Assembly: GCF_018977255.1 (NCBI RefSeq)
Contig: NW_024704742.1
Location: 52,516,001-52,580,000 of the forward strand
DNA: 64,000 nucleotides
Origin: Callorhinchus milii
Lineage: Eukaryota
Direction of reading: 5' to 3'
Part shown: piece by piece, positions 1 to 11,888 of the stretch
How the letters are laid out: each line of letters starts with the position of its first letter
Numbering within the stretch: the first letter of the stretch is position 1
The notes under the pieces: generated by a model
Seen by the model: only the letters and a program-made list of their open reading frames with translations
Told to the model about the DNA's origin: nothing
Databases searched by the model: none
Program-made: the position numbers and the translations under genes

Positions 1-204
1 CAAAACCAAAAACAATAATAAATTGGTCATTTTCAATCTGCGACTGTTTGTGGGGCATTGCTGTGCGCAATTGGCTGCCGCGTTCGCCCACAAATATACA
101 GTCAATTTACTTTACAGTGTGTTCTGTGAAGCTCTTTGGGACGTCCTCCCGACGTGAAAAGCGCTATATCAAATGCATTATTATTATTATTATTATTATT
201 ATTA
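1..204 (+). mobile_element. tRNA-derived SINE, short subfamily, 3' part (cut by window edge)
   Basis: Shared body ctgtttgtggg..attgctgtgcgcaattggctgccgcg, L2-like tail gggacgtcctcccgacgtgaaaagcgctatatc, and (ATT)n end. Confidence 0.9.
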
Positions 205-933
205 TCTGTTACAAACTGATCATTACATGACATATCTTTCAATAATAAGAAAATCCGTGATTTTTTCACTAGCTGACCTCCGATTGCTTGACAAATCAGC
301 TGTAGGCAAATTAGGACTAAACGCAGGCAGAGAAACAAGGATGCCAAATAAAACAGGAATAGTTACAAAAACATGTAAAAACTTAAAATTACTTAAGTGT
401 CCGTGGTCAACAATAGAGCATGAAAATATAAGTCACTGAAGTGAACTGGATTCACTAGATGTTGGTGTTAAACTGTTTTCGTTAGAGGAAGCCAGGTCAA
501 GCTTCCTTCGACAGGAAGCAAAAGAATTACACAATGTATCCTGTGATCAGTCACATTTTAAGCTTCATTTACCTCAGCTCAGTAGATTTTCTTATTACTT
601 TTAAAAGTGCGTTTATGTGCCTTTATAACAAATACATGGGAGAAATACCACCTGCACTTAGATTTACTCTATGTAATATTTTTGAGCGTTCAGTATTTGG
701 CACATACTTAAATATAGCCAGTTTTCAAAAGAACTTACAGAAAACTTTTTAAGACTGAATTTATTGATTTTTCACATTCTGGATGCTTGACAATGTGACA
801 TACTAAATGTTACAGGGTGAATCTAGACTCAGGTGGAATTTCTAACTGGTAATATTTTATGAATGTTTCTAATTATAAGACTGAATCATAATGAAATGCA
901 TGACCAATGATCTACTAAGATTTTCCTGAATTC

Positions 934-1251
934 AATAATAATGATCCTTGCATTTGATATAACGCTTTTCACGTAGGGAGGACGTCCCAAAGCGCTTCAC
1001 AGAACACACTGTAAAGTGAATTGACTGTATATTTGTGGGCGAACGCGGCAGCCAATTGCGCACAGCAATGTCCCACAAACAGTCGTAGATTGAAAGTGAC
1101 CAATTTATATTATTTTGGTTTGGATTTGGAGGGTTTATTATTAGGCGTATGGAGTAAGGAAACTTGCCCAAGGATTCGCCCTGCCTGGAATTGAAATCAG
1201 GTCACTCGCTTGCAAAGCGAGTGCTCTAACCACTGAGCTACAGGACTCCAC
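934..1251 (-). mobile_element. tRNA-derived SINE, short subfamily, full length
   Basis: Minus strand shows the head gtggagtcctgtagctcagtggttagagcactcgctttgcaagcgag (A box, B-like box), body, and L2-like tail with (TTA)n. Confidence 0.9.
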
Positions 1252-1369
1252 AAACATGTATTTGTGTATTAAAAACAAAGACACTGAAATCCTCTTTAAC
1301 AGACATTTGAGACCAGAAATTCCTTTTGCAGATATCTGCATTTGGGCTTATGCATAAGAAAATTTGTTT

Positions 1370-1810
1370 GTCAACTTGGCTCAGTGATACTACTCTCGCT
1401 TCTGAGTCAGAAAGTTGCGGGTTCAAATCCCATGTCAGGGCTTGAACTCACATATTCTAAGAAAGCTGACACTCCACTGCAGTATTGAGGGGGTAGGGTG
1501 GCGGGGGGCGGTGCAGCATTGTCAGAGGTGCGTCCTTCAGTTGCAACCTTAAACCAAGGACCTGTCTGCCTGTTTAGGTGGACATTAAAGATCCCATGGC
1601 ACTATTCAAAAAGAGGAAGGAGTTTCTCCTGGTGTCCTGGCCAACGATCCCCCGAATAAAAATTGGTCACTCATTTCATGGTTGTTTGTGGGACAATGCT
1701 ATGCACAATTGTGCTGCCAATGCTTGTCTACAAATACAGTCACTTAATTTCACAAAAAATCCTATGAAGTGCTTTGAGACAAGGCACTATATCAAATGCA
1801 AGGATTATTG
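1370..1810 (+). mobile_element. Deu-domain SINE (DeuSINE superfamily, EshSINE/SacSINE-like), near full length
   Basis: tRNA-like head, then aaaccaagg..ctgtctgcctgtttaggtggacattaaagatcccatggcactattc, characteristic of the Deu domain, then the L2-like tail. Confidence 0.75.
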
Positions 1811-3009
1811 TAAAGAGCTTATCAATTCCTTTATTCCTAGATATTGCCCAGTAATCATGCATTAGTTCTTGCTTGGTTTCATTACACAAATTTTGCTAAC
1901 AGTGATTTGCATGGAAATTCTATTGAATGTTATAACTTGCACTTCAACAAATATAAAAACACCTCCAAGTGTAGTTAAGCATGTGCATGATGGATATATA
2001 GGAACAACATGTTCATAATTGCAAGAAAATCCAAACCTTGGAATGATTTTAAGTTAAAGCTACATAAATGATGTCTAACACCAGATGCAAGAGAGTGAAT
2101 TAAAGGCTGAAAGCTAAGTTCAAGTTTCAGTATATAAATTGTTAAGTTGTCATCCCAACTTCTTGATTAAATTAAGACCTTGTAATTCATTGCCGTAATC
2201 CATTATTCTCCATATAATGTGAGTGTGCAAGATGCCTTTGAGGAACATTCCACTGTTGTGAGCTAAACAGAGAAAGGTCTGAACACAGATGGCTCTGAGT
2301 TGAGTTATAAAGGGAGGCTAAGAAATTTTTATTCAAACACAGATAATGTATGTAAAATCATGGAAGGAATAGCAAATCTGGAGAACATATTCACGTCAAA
2401 GAAAAGAAGAAAGCCAGCAGACTTAAGACTGTTAGCTTAAGAAGCCGGGGGCTAATTGTCACAAACACCAAGCAAGGTTTGATCATTTATTACACCTAGC
2501 TCAGGGAGTTCAGATTTGATTACAACATTCAAAAAAGGAAATGGAAATTAAGTTCTGATCCAACAGGGAATAGACATGGCACCAAGTCAAGTGGTCTGTG
2601 GAAGCTCCAAATGTTTATCTAAACAATGAGAAGTGTGTTCTTTTCTTAGTCCTAACTTTGGACTTTATGATTCTGGAACTCATTTGTGGACTATCAGGCA
2701 GTATGGTACTTTTAAGGCAAGTGTTGGATTACTTTCAGGATCGCAATGTATTTAAGAAGTTCCAAGTACCTGAAGAGCAGAGAATACTTCACAGCAACAT
2801 TCAAGCAAGCAAATCCTTGAACCTTTATTTAATCCCAGCCAAGACTGATGGGATGAAATGCGTCTCTCTTTGTTCATTGTACTCAAGACTGTGAGCAGAC
2901 TTGGTCTGAGTTAATGCGAGTTAAAAGCAAAATTTGCTTTTAATTTAGCATTAAATTGACAAACTTACTCAGAGCAGCTACAGAATGATAAGTGGACAAT
3001 GTAATACTA

Positions 3010-3262
3010 TTGCAGAAATGTTGAAGCTCTGATGCTGTTCTTTAAATGAGACATTAAATTGAGAAACTGTCTGGCTGTTTAGGTGGATGTTAAAGATCCC
3101 ACAGCCTTAATCGAAAAGAGAAGGGAGTTTCTCCTGGTCTCCTGCCCTATAATCCTTAATCCCCAAAATACAATTGGCCATTCACTTCATGGCTGTTTAT
3201 ACAATATTGATGTGTGCAAATTCACTGCTCATCAGTGTTAAAGTGCTATATCAAGTGCAAGA
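3010..3262 (+). mobile_element. Deu-domain SINE fragment
   Basis: gtttaggtggatgttaaagatccca...gggagtttctcctggt; a diverged copy of 1370-1810. Confidence 0.7.
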
Positions 3263-4903
3263 ATGTACAGTTGTATATATGTAAGTACATTGTATATAAG
3301 AATGTACATTTGTATGTATGTAAATACATTGAATGTATCAAACAGTGAATGTAAACTGAATGAATATTTATCACGCTATAAAAAGAAAAAATGATTGAAA
3401 GGAGTTTCTCAGATATAATTATCAACCTACTGCTTTTCAGTGATCTCCTCAGTTCTACTCTGTGTTTTATATTCACTAATTTACAATCTCAGGCTCAGTT
3501 ATTCTACCCAGTCAGCTCTTCCAGTCAGTCTCTCAACATTGTCATCAAGACGCAGTAGTTAAATAGAAAAATTCTCCAACTAAAAATAGCATTGAGCAGC
3601 AAACAAAAAGGATGTTAAATATAATTCTTTGTAACGTTTACAGTTTTAAAAAGAACCCTGACAGTGAGACTCCACCTTTGAACATCCAGAAATAACTGTA
3701 GACCTGGAGGGAACAATTTTGAAATTGGTGTGAAGTAGCATTCAACATTTGGATGTATTGCACATCGTTGACTTTTAAAGGTCATTCACACCATTGTGTC
3801 TGTGACATTTTTTTACGTGGATGAAAAATCCATTTTGTGGTCGCAAGGGAATTGTACAACAACAGTCTTTTTCAACACAGGGAGAGCATTATGCTGAAGA
3901 AGGAAGAGCGGCTTGTTTCCTTGGAATGGCACCAGGGATGTTGTAACAGTCTGAAAACTTCTGGAGTTTAATGCTATGTGCAAAAAATATGTTAATGTTG
4001 CATCAATAGCCAGATTTTTGTGCCAACCGGAAAAATCAAGTAATACGAGGGAGAAGTGGCAGAATTGGGGATGATATAGTCAGAGCTCCCCTCAGTTTGG
4101 TTTGGTGACTCTTAAGTGCAGTGATGGTTTTCCACATGTATGTACTGTTCAAAAACGAACCCCTGGAAGGACGCACCCTACTTATATAATTCTGGAGAGT
4201 GTTAAGCTCAAACGACAGCCAAGGCTTTTTGACCTTAGAGTGCTTGTTGGAGTCCTGGTGGAGTTTGACCAGATACAACTGTCAGAGAGGATTGACTTGA
4301 TTCCAATAGTCCTTGCATGTCATCTTGGACCAGCCTCATTTCTAAGGAGACCCTGCTTGCCTCAACAACAACAACAACAAGTTGCCTTTATATAGCGCCC
4401 TTTAAAATGGGTAGTGTCCCGGAGCGCTTAATAGTTGCAGAGTCTGACCTCACTGCCTCCCCTCAGTCACAGAGGGATAATCAAAAATGTTGTTGTCTGA
4501 CAATCCGCCTCACTAGGTGGATAGCTGCTCACTATGAGCTTTCTGGTGCGCAGCCCATCTTAGCATGAAAAGCATGAAATCAATGCCATCATCCTCCTGC
4601 CCACAGCTCAGACATGGAGGCGTAGAGTTTGAGCAGCTGCTTACTTCTTTGCATAACAGTTAAGGTGGATTCCAAGCTTTGGATATATGAGCGTGTGTTG
4701 ACCAACCTGGACTCCAGGTAACACCTTCTAGCAGCTGTCGTCTCAGACATCTTCATCTGCTTTTTGTGTGGTGAGAGGCCCATCAATGACCATACATGAG
4801 ATAAATTATCACATGCTTGGAGGTTGCTGAAAAACATACAGAATGGGGTGAAAATCACACTGATTTCTAGAGGGATTCCTTAATGAGGTCAAATGTTGCA
4901 AAT

Positions 4904-5182
4904 AATAATATAATAATAATCCGCGAAATGCGGCATCCAATTTCGCACAACAGTGTCCCATAAACCGTTGCGGATTAAGTGACGAAATTATTAGTATTAT
5001 TTTTTGGAAGGATTATTACCCCTGTAAAGCGATCCACCAATTGACTAACAACCGGGTTCCTACTTTATGCTAGGTAAACAGAGGCAAGTGGAGTTACAAA
5101 AATTGCCTAAGGTTTCGCCCTATCTGGGAATTGAACCCAGGTGGTCCTCTCACTTGCGAGGCGAGTGCTCTAACCACTATCC
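4904..5182 (-). mobile_element. tRNA-derived SINE, long subfamily, 3'-truncated
   Basis: Contains the long-subfamily segment (rc of tgcctctgtttacctagca..gtaggaacccggttgttagtcaattgg) and the tRNA head. Confidence 0.8.
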
Positions 5183-5559
5183 TATGGTAGTGGTTGGTGC
5201 AAATCCTGGTAACAGTAGGTATCTTACTCCAACTTGCAGCAACTTTTCTGTGGACATAGATCCTGTTGGTTTGGAGTTAGTGTAGGTCGGATGACACACG
5301 TCCCAACTCGGAATTCACCTTCAGGAATCCTTTAGAAATTATCAGTTCCCATTATGCCATTCATATAATTTCATTCTGCTAGCACTAAATGCCGTCGTCA
5401 TTTTGAGATATGTTACCCAGCATTTAGACTTTATTCCACACATGTTTTACTTCCTTCACTTGCATCATTGCTGTTATAATCTGCCACATTATAACAGCAG
5501 ATCCTCCACAGAATTCATTCTCTGGATCTGTTACAAATTAACAACACAACACAGGAAAG

Positions 5560-5700
5560 TATTTGAAATGTAAACAGAAAATTCTGAAAATACACAAGTC
5601 AATTAGCATCTGTAAGAGAAAAAGAAGTTAACCTTTTGCGTGTGACCTTCAGAACTGGAACTTTCAGTTTTTATATCAGGTTTCCAGTATCCACATACGT
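5560..5700. mobile_element. Penelope-derived terminal fragment
   Basis: aaacagaaaattctgaaaatacac..agcatctgtaagagaaaaagaagttaacc..tgaccttcagaac is a diverged reverse-complement relative of 40035-40135. Confidence 0.45.
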
Positions 5701-5754
5701 TTCCTTTCACCTTTAATGTTGTGTTAATGTGGAGTCCTGCAGCATATTAGTTAG

Positions 5755-6164
5755 ACTCCTCATCTTTAAGGCCATCCATGGCCTTGCCCATTCCTACTTC
5801 TCTGACCTGCTGACTCCCTGCCAACCTGCCCGCTCCCTCCGTTCAGCGGGCTCCGGGCTGCTCCATGTCTCCCACCCGACCCGCCCTACCATCGGTGGCC
5901 GTGCTTTCAGCTTCTCTGCCCCCACACTCTGGAACTCCATCCCACGGTCCCTTCGCCTCGCTTCTTCCCTTGCCTCCTTCAAGACCGGTCTCAAGACCCT
6001 TCTCTTTGACTGTGCCTTTGGTCTCCCTCCCATCTCCCTGCCTTCCCTCACCCCTACACCACCCCTCCCCCATGCTCGGGCTCCGACATCTGACTATTCA
6101 GCGCTTTGGGATGTCCTCCTGCCATGAAAGGTGCTCTATAAATGTAATTTTGTTGTTGTTGTTG
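5755..6164 (+). mobile_element. L2 LINE 3' fragment inserted into a SINE head
   Basis: Encodes LLIFKAIHGLAHSYFSDLL...RSLRS...GGRAFSFSAPTLWNSIP...FKTGLKTLLF (L2 ORF2 C-terminus) and ends in (TTG)n. Confidence 0.92.
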
Positions 6165-6498
6165 TAGAGCAGTCGACTCACAAGCGAGAGGACCTGAATT
6201 CAATTCTCGGGCAGGGCAAAACGTTTCCTTATTCCAAACATCTCTCTTTATTTAACAGTAAGTAGGAACCCGGTTCTTAGTCAAATGGCGGATCGCCTTT
6301 CTGGGAGTAATAATCTCTCCCCAAAAAAATGTGGTCACTTAATCCATGACTGTTTGTGGGACACTGATGTGCCCAATTGGCTGCCACATTTCGTCCACAA
6401 AATACACAGTCAATTTACTTTACAGTATATTCTGTGAAGCGCTTTGAGAGTCTGGAAGATGTGATAAGGCTCTATATCAAATGCATGGATTATTATTT
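6165..6498 (+). mobile_element. tRNA-derived SINE, long subfamily (head continues from 5729-5754)
   Basis: The SINE consensus resumes at tagagca... directly after the L2 tail. Confidence 0.85.
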
Positions 6499-7060
6499 TA
6501 AATTATTCTATCTTTACTGAGGATCATCTGTCATGAATTGAACCAGTGGAGGCTTAGCTTCTAATGTCGATCTGATACAAACAGGCTGGTATTTCCGGTA
6601 CTATGTAGATCGAAACATGCCAGACTAAATTTATTCCTGACTCACATCGGGCTGTCATGCCTGGACTGTATAATCAAGACAGATTTGTCATAAGTAATCA
6701 GGGAAAAAGCAAACATGATTTGTGAACATTTGGGTGGTGGGCCCTGGGAAAACTAGAGCATTCTCAGTTTGGTTCAGTAACATTTTTATAAACAATGACC
6801 ACAGAAGGATAAAAGTGGGAGTAACGATCCATTGAGTAGAATTATCTCATTCCTTAATAACCGTGACAGACATAATACTGTGGTAACAGTTCAGATGTAT
6901 TTCTTATGTAAACACTTCTATTTTTATCGAGTGTATGGGGTATGATTTGTACTGAGGATAATTAAAGTGCTTAAGCCAGAAATACCATAAGATAGCTCTT
7001 CTCAACTGTACGCCTTCTTCAAACAGGTTATTTAAGCTGTGTGCACAGTAATCACATAAT

Positions 7061-7430
7061 TTGGAGTGCTATAGCTTAGTGGTTAGAGGACTCACCTCAC
7101 AAGTGAGAGGACCTGGGTTTGATTCCCAACAGGGCGAAATGTTAGGCAAGCTTCCTTACTCCACACGCCTCTGTCTACCTAGCAGTAAGTAGAAATCTGG
7201 TTATTAGCTGATTGCTGGTTTGCTTTTCCGGGGTAAAAATCCCTCCCAAAAATTAAAAACATTAATCCACGACTGTTTATGGGACACTGCTGTGCACAAT
7301 TGGCTGCCATATTTCGCCGATAAACATACAGTCAATTCACTTCACACTATATTCTGTGAAGCGCTTTGAGACCTCTAGAAGACATGAAAAAGCTATATCA
7401 AACTCAAGGATTACTATTAAATATTATTAT
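7061..7430 (+). mobile_element. tRNA-derived SINE, long subfamily, full length
   Basis: Head tggagtgctatagcttagtggttagag, segment ccacacgcctctgtctacctagcagtaagtag, and tail. Confidence 0.85.
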
Positions 7431-8261
7431 TCTTTAATTTAAAGGGCCAGTATGAAGATTGAGGAAGATTCATTATCTTACAAAGCCTGGATTTGCCTGC
7501 CTTAAAACTTCATAACAACACACCCATGTTTAGCCTGCAACAAATATATTATTAACATTTTTTCTTTTATTAAATTGTTTTATAATTTATTTTAGTATAT
7601 TCACTGTAAAATTAAGCAAGAAAAACAGGCCATGTTGAAGGAGAACTCCTGTAATGTAAACAGAGTAGCTATTAATCTAATTGCTTGCTTCTCTAATATT
7701 AGTGTATCTTGTTTCTTGCAGTTTATTATAAATCAATTGTTGGCAGGTTGTGCTTTGTCACTCCACTCACGTTCATCATTATCAATCACTTTCTCTGCTT
7801 CAGCTGGAGTTGTGCTGAATAAATCTTAAACTTAAGAATTAAGTTCTAGACAGGAGTGTGAATTCTAGCCATGATGAGTCCAGACACCCCATGCTTCCAC
7901 ATCGCTATCTCTCACTATTAAGCTTCAGACCAATAAAATCTACCTTGTTTAAAGATATGAGTGTTTGTATATACTGATGGAATGTACTATCTGTTAAAGG
8001 TTTGTTTCTGCATGAATAGATTCCGCTTTTATTAGTTTGTATTTTTATCCTGTCACTTTTTTTGCTTTAATTTTATTAGCTTTAATTCAATTAATTTCTA
8101 GTGTTTTCAAAGGACTTTGGTTATATGTTTAAAATCCTGTCTTCAATAAACGTTTCTTAAAACAAATGGCATCAGCTCTCAAAAAATAACTTCAAACTAA
8201 TTAAATGTTGCTTAAAGTTAAGCTTACAATTAATCACCAGCAGGATAATATAATATATTTA

Positions 8262-8472
8262 AGCGCTTTGGGACGTCCTCCCGACGTGAAAAGCGCTATA
8301 TCAAATGCAAGGATTATTATTATTATTATAATAATCCTTGCATTTGATATAGCGCTTTTCACTTCTTCTCGACGTCTCAAAGCGTTTCACAGAATAGACT
8401 GTAAAGTGAATTGACCGCATATTTGTGGGCGAAACGCGGCAGCCAATTGCACACAGCAGTGTCCCACAAACA
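8262..8472. mobile_element. Two SINE 3' ends joined tail-to-tail in opposite orientation
   Basis: A + tail at 8262-~8326 and a - tail at ~8327-8472 share a central (ATT)/(AAT) tract. Confidence 0.85.
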
Positions 8473-9029
8473 GGTCTGAATGTTACTTTCAGCTGCAAGA
8501 TTAATTTTGCCAGTTTCCTGGGTAGGTAGGTATTGTCACAAAATAGCTATCGTTTGACACCAGATCATTGAGACTCAAACCTCTTCAAAGTTTTCGAATA
8601 TAACTAAACCTCTGGATGCCCAGTGGCCTCAGTGGAGGAAGTTACAATGGCCATAATTATAATAATATAATTATAATATTGGCTGCCACGTTTGGCCCAC
8701 AAAATACAAAGTCAATCCACTTTACAGTATATCTTGTGAAGTGCGTTGTGATGTCTCGATGATGTGATAAGGTGCTATATCAAATACATGGATTATTGTA
8801 AGCAAGAGAGAGAGAGAGAGGATGCAAGGATTATTACAATTATTGCATTTGATATAGCATCCTTCATTTCAGGAGATGTTTCAACTCGTTTCATAGGATA
8901 TATTATAAAGTGCAGTGACTGTGTATTTTGTAGGTGAATTGCAGTGTCCAAAATGTGCATAATTTCATATTTTATAGTGATAATAATAATAAAAATAATA
9001 ATCATTAATATCATCAAATTTGGTAGAGA

Positions 9030-9335
9030 TTTTCAAGTAGGAGGATGTCACAAAGCTCTTCACAGAACGGACTGTAAAGTGTATTGACTATTTTTTTGTA
9101 GGTGAAGGTTGCAGCCAATTTGCACACAAATCCCACAAACATTCCACAAACAGCCATGAAATGAATTACGAATTTTACCTAGGAGATTTTTGGCCAGGAT
9201 CCTGGGAGAAACTCCTTTCTCTTTTCTAATAGTGCCATTGGATCTTTAAAGTCCACCTGAACAGGCAAACAGGGCCTCAGTTTAACCTTTCATGCAAAGG
9301 ATGGCATCTCCAACAACGCAGCTTACCTCTAACAA
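9030..9335 (-). mobile_element. Deu-domain SINE
   Basis: rc Deu motif atagtgccattggatctttaaagtccacctgaacaggcaaacagggcctcagtttaa. Confidence 0.75.
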
Positions 9336-9349
9336 CGCAGCTCTCCTCT

Positions 9350-9622
9350 ACATAGGAACATTAAGACAGATTGTAAGAGTTTTTATAAATACATTAAGAG
9401 GAATAGGCTAGTAAAAGTAAATGTGGGTCCATTACAAGCAGAGACAGAAGGAATTATAATGGGGGATAAGGATATGGCAGAATCCCTAAATAAATACTTT
9501 GCTTCTGTCTTCACATTAGAAGACACAAGAAGTTTACCAGAAATAGAGATGAACCAAGGGGCTAATGATAGGGAGCAACTTAGGGAAATTTACATTAGCA
9601 AAGAATTGGTGCTAGGGAAATC
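9350..9622 (+). mobile_element. CR1 LINE ORF2 fragment
   Basis: NIKTDCKSFYKYIKRNRLVKVNVGPLQAETEGIIMGDKDMAESLNKYFASVFT is the typical CR1 linker upstream of the RT domain. Confidence 0.88.
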
Positions 9623-9929
9623 TTAAAATTTAAGATAATACAAAATTGAGAAGGACTGTTAAATTGGTCAGATCTATTTAAGCATTGTGGAAACTACCTT
9701 CTAAACTAAATTAAGTATTCTCCACAATCCTGTATGATGTTAAATTTTAAGATAATATGGTATCGTAGGACTGGATGAAATTGAATATCAGGCCTAATAT
9801 CCATCAACACATTGGAAACTTATATTCTTACAAATTCGAATAAAGCCTGTATGTGAACAGCAAAGGAAAAAGCATTAACCATTTTCTTCGCAGCACTGTA
9901 CTTGAATTCTATTTGCAATCTTTTATATT

Positions 9930-10262
9930 ATAATAATAATAATAATAATAATAATAATCCTTGCATTTGATATAGCGCTTTTCACGTCGGGAGGACGTCC
10001 CAAAGCGCTTCACAGAATATACTGTAAAGTGAATTGACTGTATATTTGTGGGCGAACGCGGCAGCCAATTGCACACAGCAATGTCCCACAAACAGTCGTG
10101 GATTGAAAATGACCAATTTATTATTGTTTTGTTTTTTTGGAGGGATTATTATTAGGCGTGTGGAGTAAGGAAACTTGCCCAAGGTTTCGCCCTGCCTGGA
10201 ATTGAACTCAGGTCTCTCGCTTGCAAAGCGAGTGCTCTAACCACTGAGCTACAGGACTCCAC
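9930..10262 (-). mobile_element. tRNA-derived SINE, short subfamily, full length, young
   Basis: Near-identical to 934-1251 and 60038-60315. Intact A box TAGCTCAGTGG and B box GTTCAATTCC; long (TTA)n tail. Confidence 0.92.
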
Positions 10263-10494
10263 ATATTGACCCTTTCTAATATTTTGAAAAAGAATCAATC
10301 ATAGAATCAATCGTAGAATTGTACAGCACAAAAGGAGGCCATTCGGCCCATCGTGTCTGTGCCGGCTCATTCAAAAGAGTTATCCAAATCAACCAAAACT
10401 GCTATAATACTTGACTATCCTCTTTGGAGTTGAGCTGGTCAGCTGGGTGTTTGACACAATTGAAAACACATCACAGTGTTTAATAATAATCATA

Positions 10495-10846
10495 CTAATC
10501 CTTGCAATTGATATAGCGCCTTATCACGTCTTCGAGACATCTCAAAGATGTTCACAGAATATATTGTGAAGTGAATTGACTGTATATTTTGTGGGCGAAA
10601 GGCGGCAGCCAATTCCGCACAGCAGTGTCCCACAAACACTCGTAGATTGAGTGACCTTTTTTTAAAGGAATTATTACCCCCAGAAAAACGATCCGTCAAT
10701 CAACTAACAATCAGGTTCCTACTCACTGTTAGGTAAACAGAGGTGTGTGGAGTAAGGAAACTTGCCCAATGTTCATCCTGCCGGGAATCAAACCCAGGTC
10801 TCTCGTTTGCGAGTCAAGTGCTCTAACCACTGAGTTACAGGACTCC
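10495..10846 (-). mobile_element. tRNA-derived SINE, long subfamily
   Basis: Head, internal segment and tail are all present in reverse complement. Confidence 0.88.
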
Positions 10847-11209
10847 GCACAAAATGTGAAGAAAGAAGAAAATAAAAGGTTAGAAACTGAGGAAATAATA
10901 GGAAAATACAAACAATGTTTTGGTAAAAGACGGTTAATGAAAGAGGAGTATGAGATAAGGATAAAAGACAACGTAAAAAACGGTGATACAGCCACTGAGA
11001 CGAGTGCCTGAACGCATGAAAGAGCATTGAAACTGGATTGAGAGCTCTGTGAATGCTACCTACCTGCACATGGAAATTCCCATGTTTGGAATACAATGTG
11101 CACTCTCCTCAGAGGGTCACACCCTGCTTACCCAATTCCAACAACAACAACAACAATAACAACAACGGGCTTGAGGAGCCCAAAGTTTGAGTTTAACCAG
11201 CTAAAACCT

Positions 11210-11502
11210 CATAATAATAATAATAACCCTTGCATTTGATATGGCACTTTTCATGTCTTCTAGACATCTCAAAGCGCTTCACAGGATAGACTGTAAAGTA
11301 ATTCACAATTGACTGTATATTTCTGGGTAAAATGCAGTAGCCAATTGTGCACAGCAGTGTCCCACAAACAGTTGTGGATTGAAGTTACCAATTTATTATT
11401 GTTTTTTTTTCTTGAGGGATTATTATCAGGCGTGTGGAGTAAGGAAACTTGCCCAAGGTTTCACCCTGCCGGGTCTCTAACCACTGAGCTACAGGACTCC
11501 AC
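11210..11502 (-). mobile_element. tRNA-derived SINE, short type with deletion in the head
   Basis: Same head and tail motifs; the anticodon/T-arm region is deleted. Confidence 0.8.
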
Positions 11503-11707
11503 TTAAGTACTTAAGTGATGTGCTTGGCAATGAAATGTTAAAATCAAATCAACTTTATGTTGCTTTCTCAGTAGTCCGGATATGAGCAAAAACTATTATG
11601 ATGAGTTTGACATCCTGCAAGATTATATCTATCCCATGAATATAAATAGTAACACCTAGCTGGTTTGGAGAGGCAGCAAATCAAACTACTTAGGTTTCAC
11701 TTCAAAC

Positions 11708-11888
11708 TACATTAGAATACATTAGAATATACAGTAAAGAAACAGGCCATTCGGCTCAACCGGTCTATGCTGGTGTTTATGCTACACATGAGCCTCCTGC
11801 TCTTCCTCAACTAAGCCTTCAAGCATAAACTTCTATTCCTTCCTCCCTCATGTACCTATCCAGCTTTCCCTTAAATACATCTATGCTA
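11708..11888 (-). mobile_element. CR1 3' end
   Basis: Terminal acattagaat repeats, then acaggccattcggctcaacc; same subfamily as 35053-35810. Confidence 0.8.

Noticed and set aside
4036..4858. Minus-strand ORFs of 80-89 aa with a somewhat protein-like look
   Set aside because: No recognisable domain or consistent splice signals, and the region is interrupted by an L2-type tail at ~4363-4430. It may be decayed transposon sequence but I cannot support a call.
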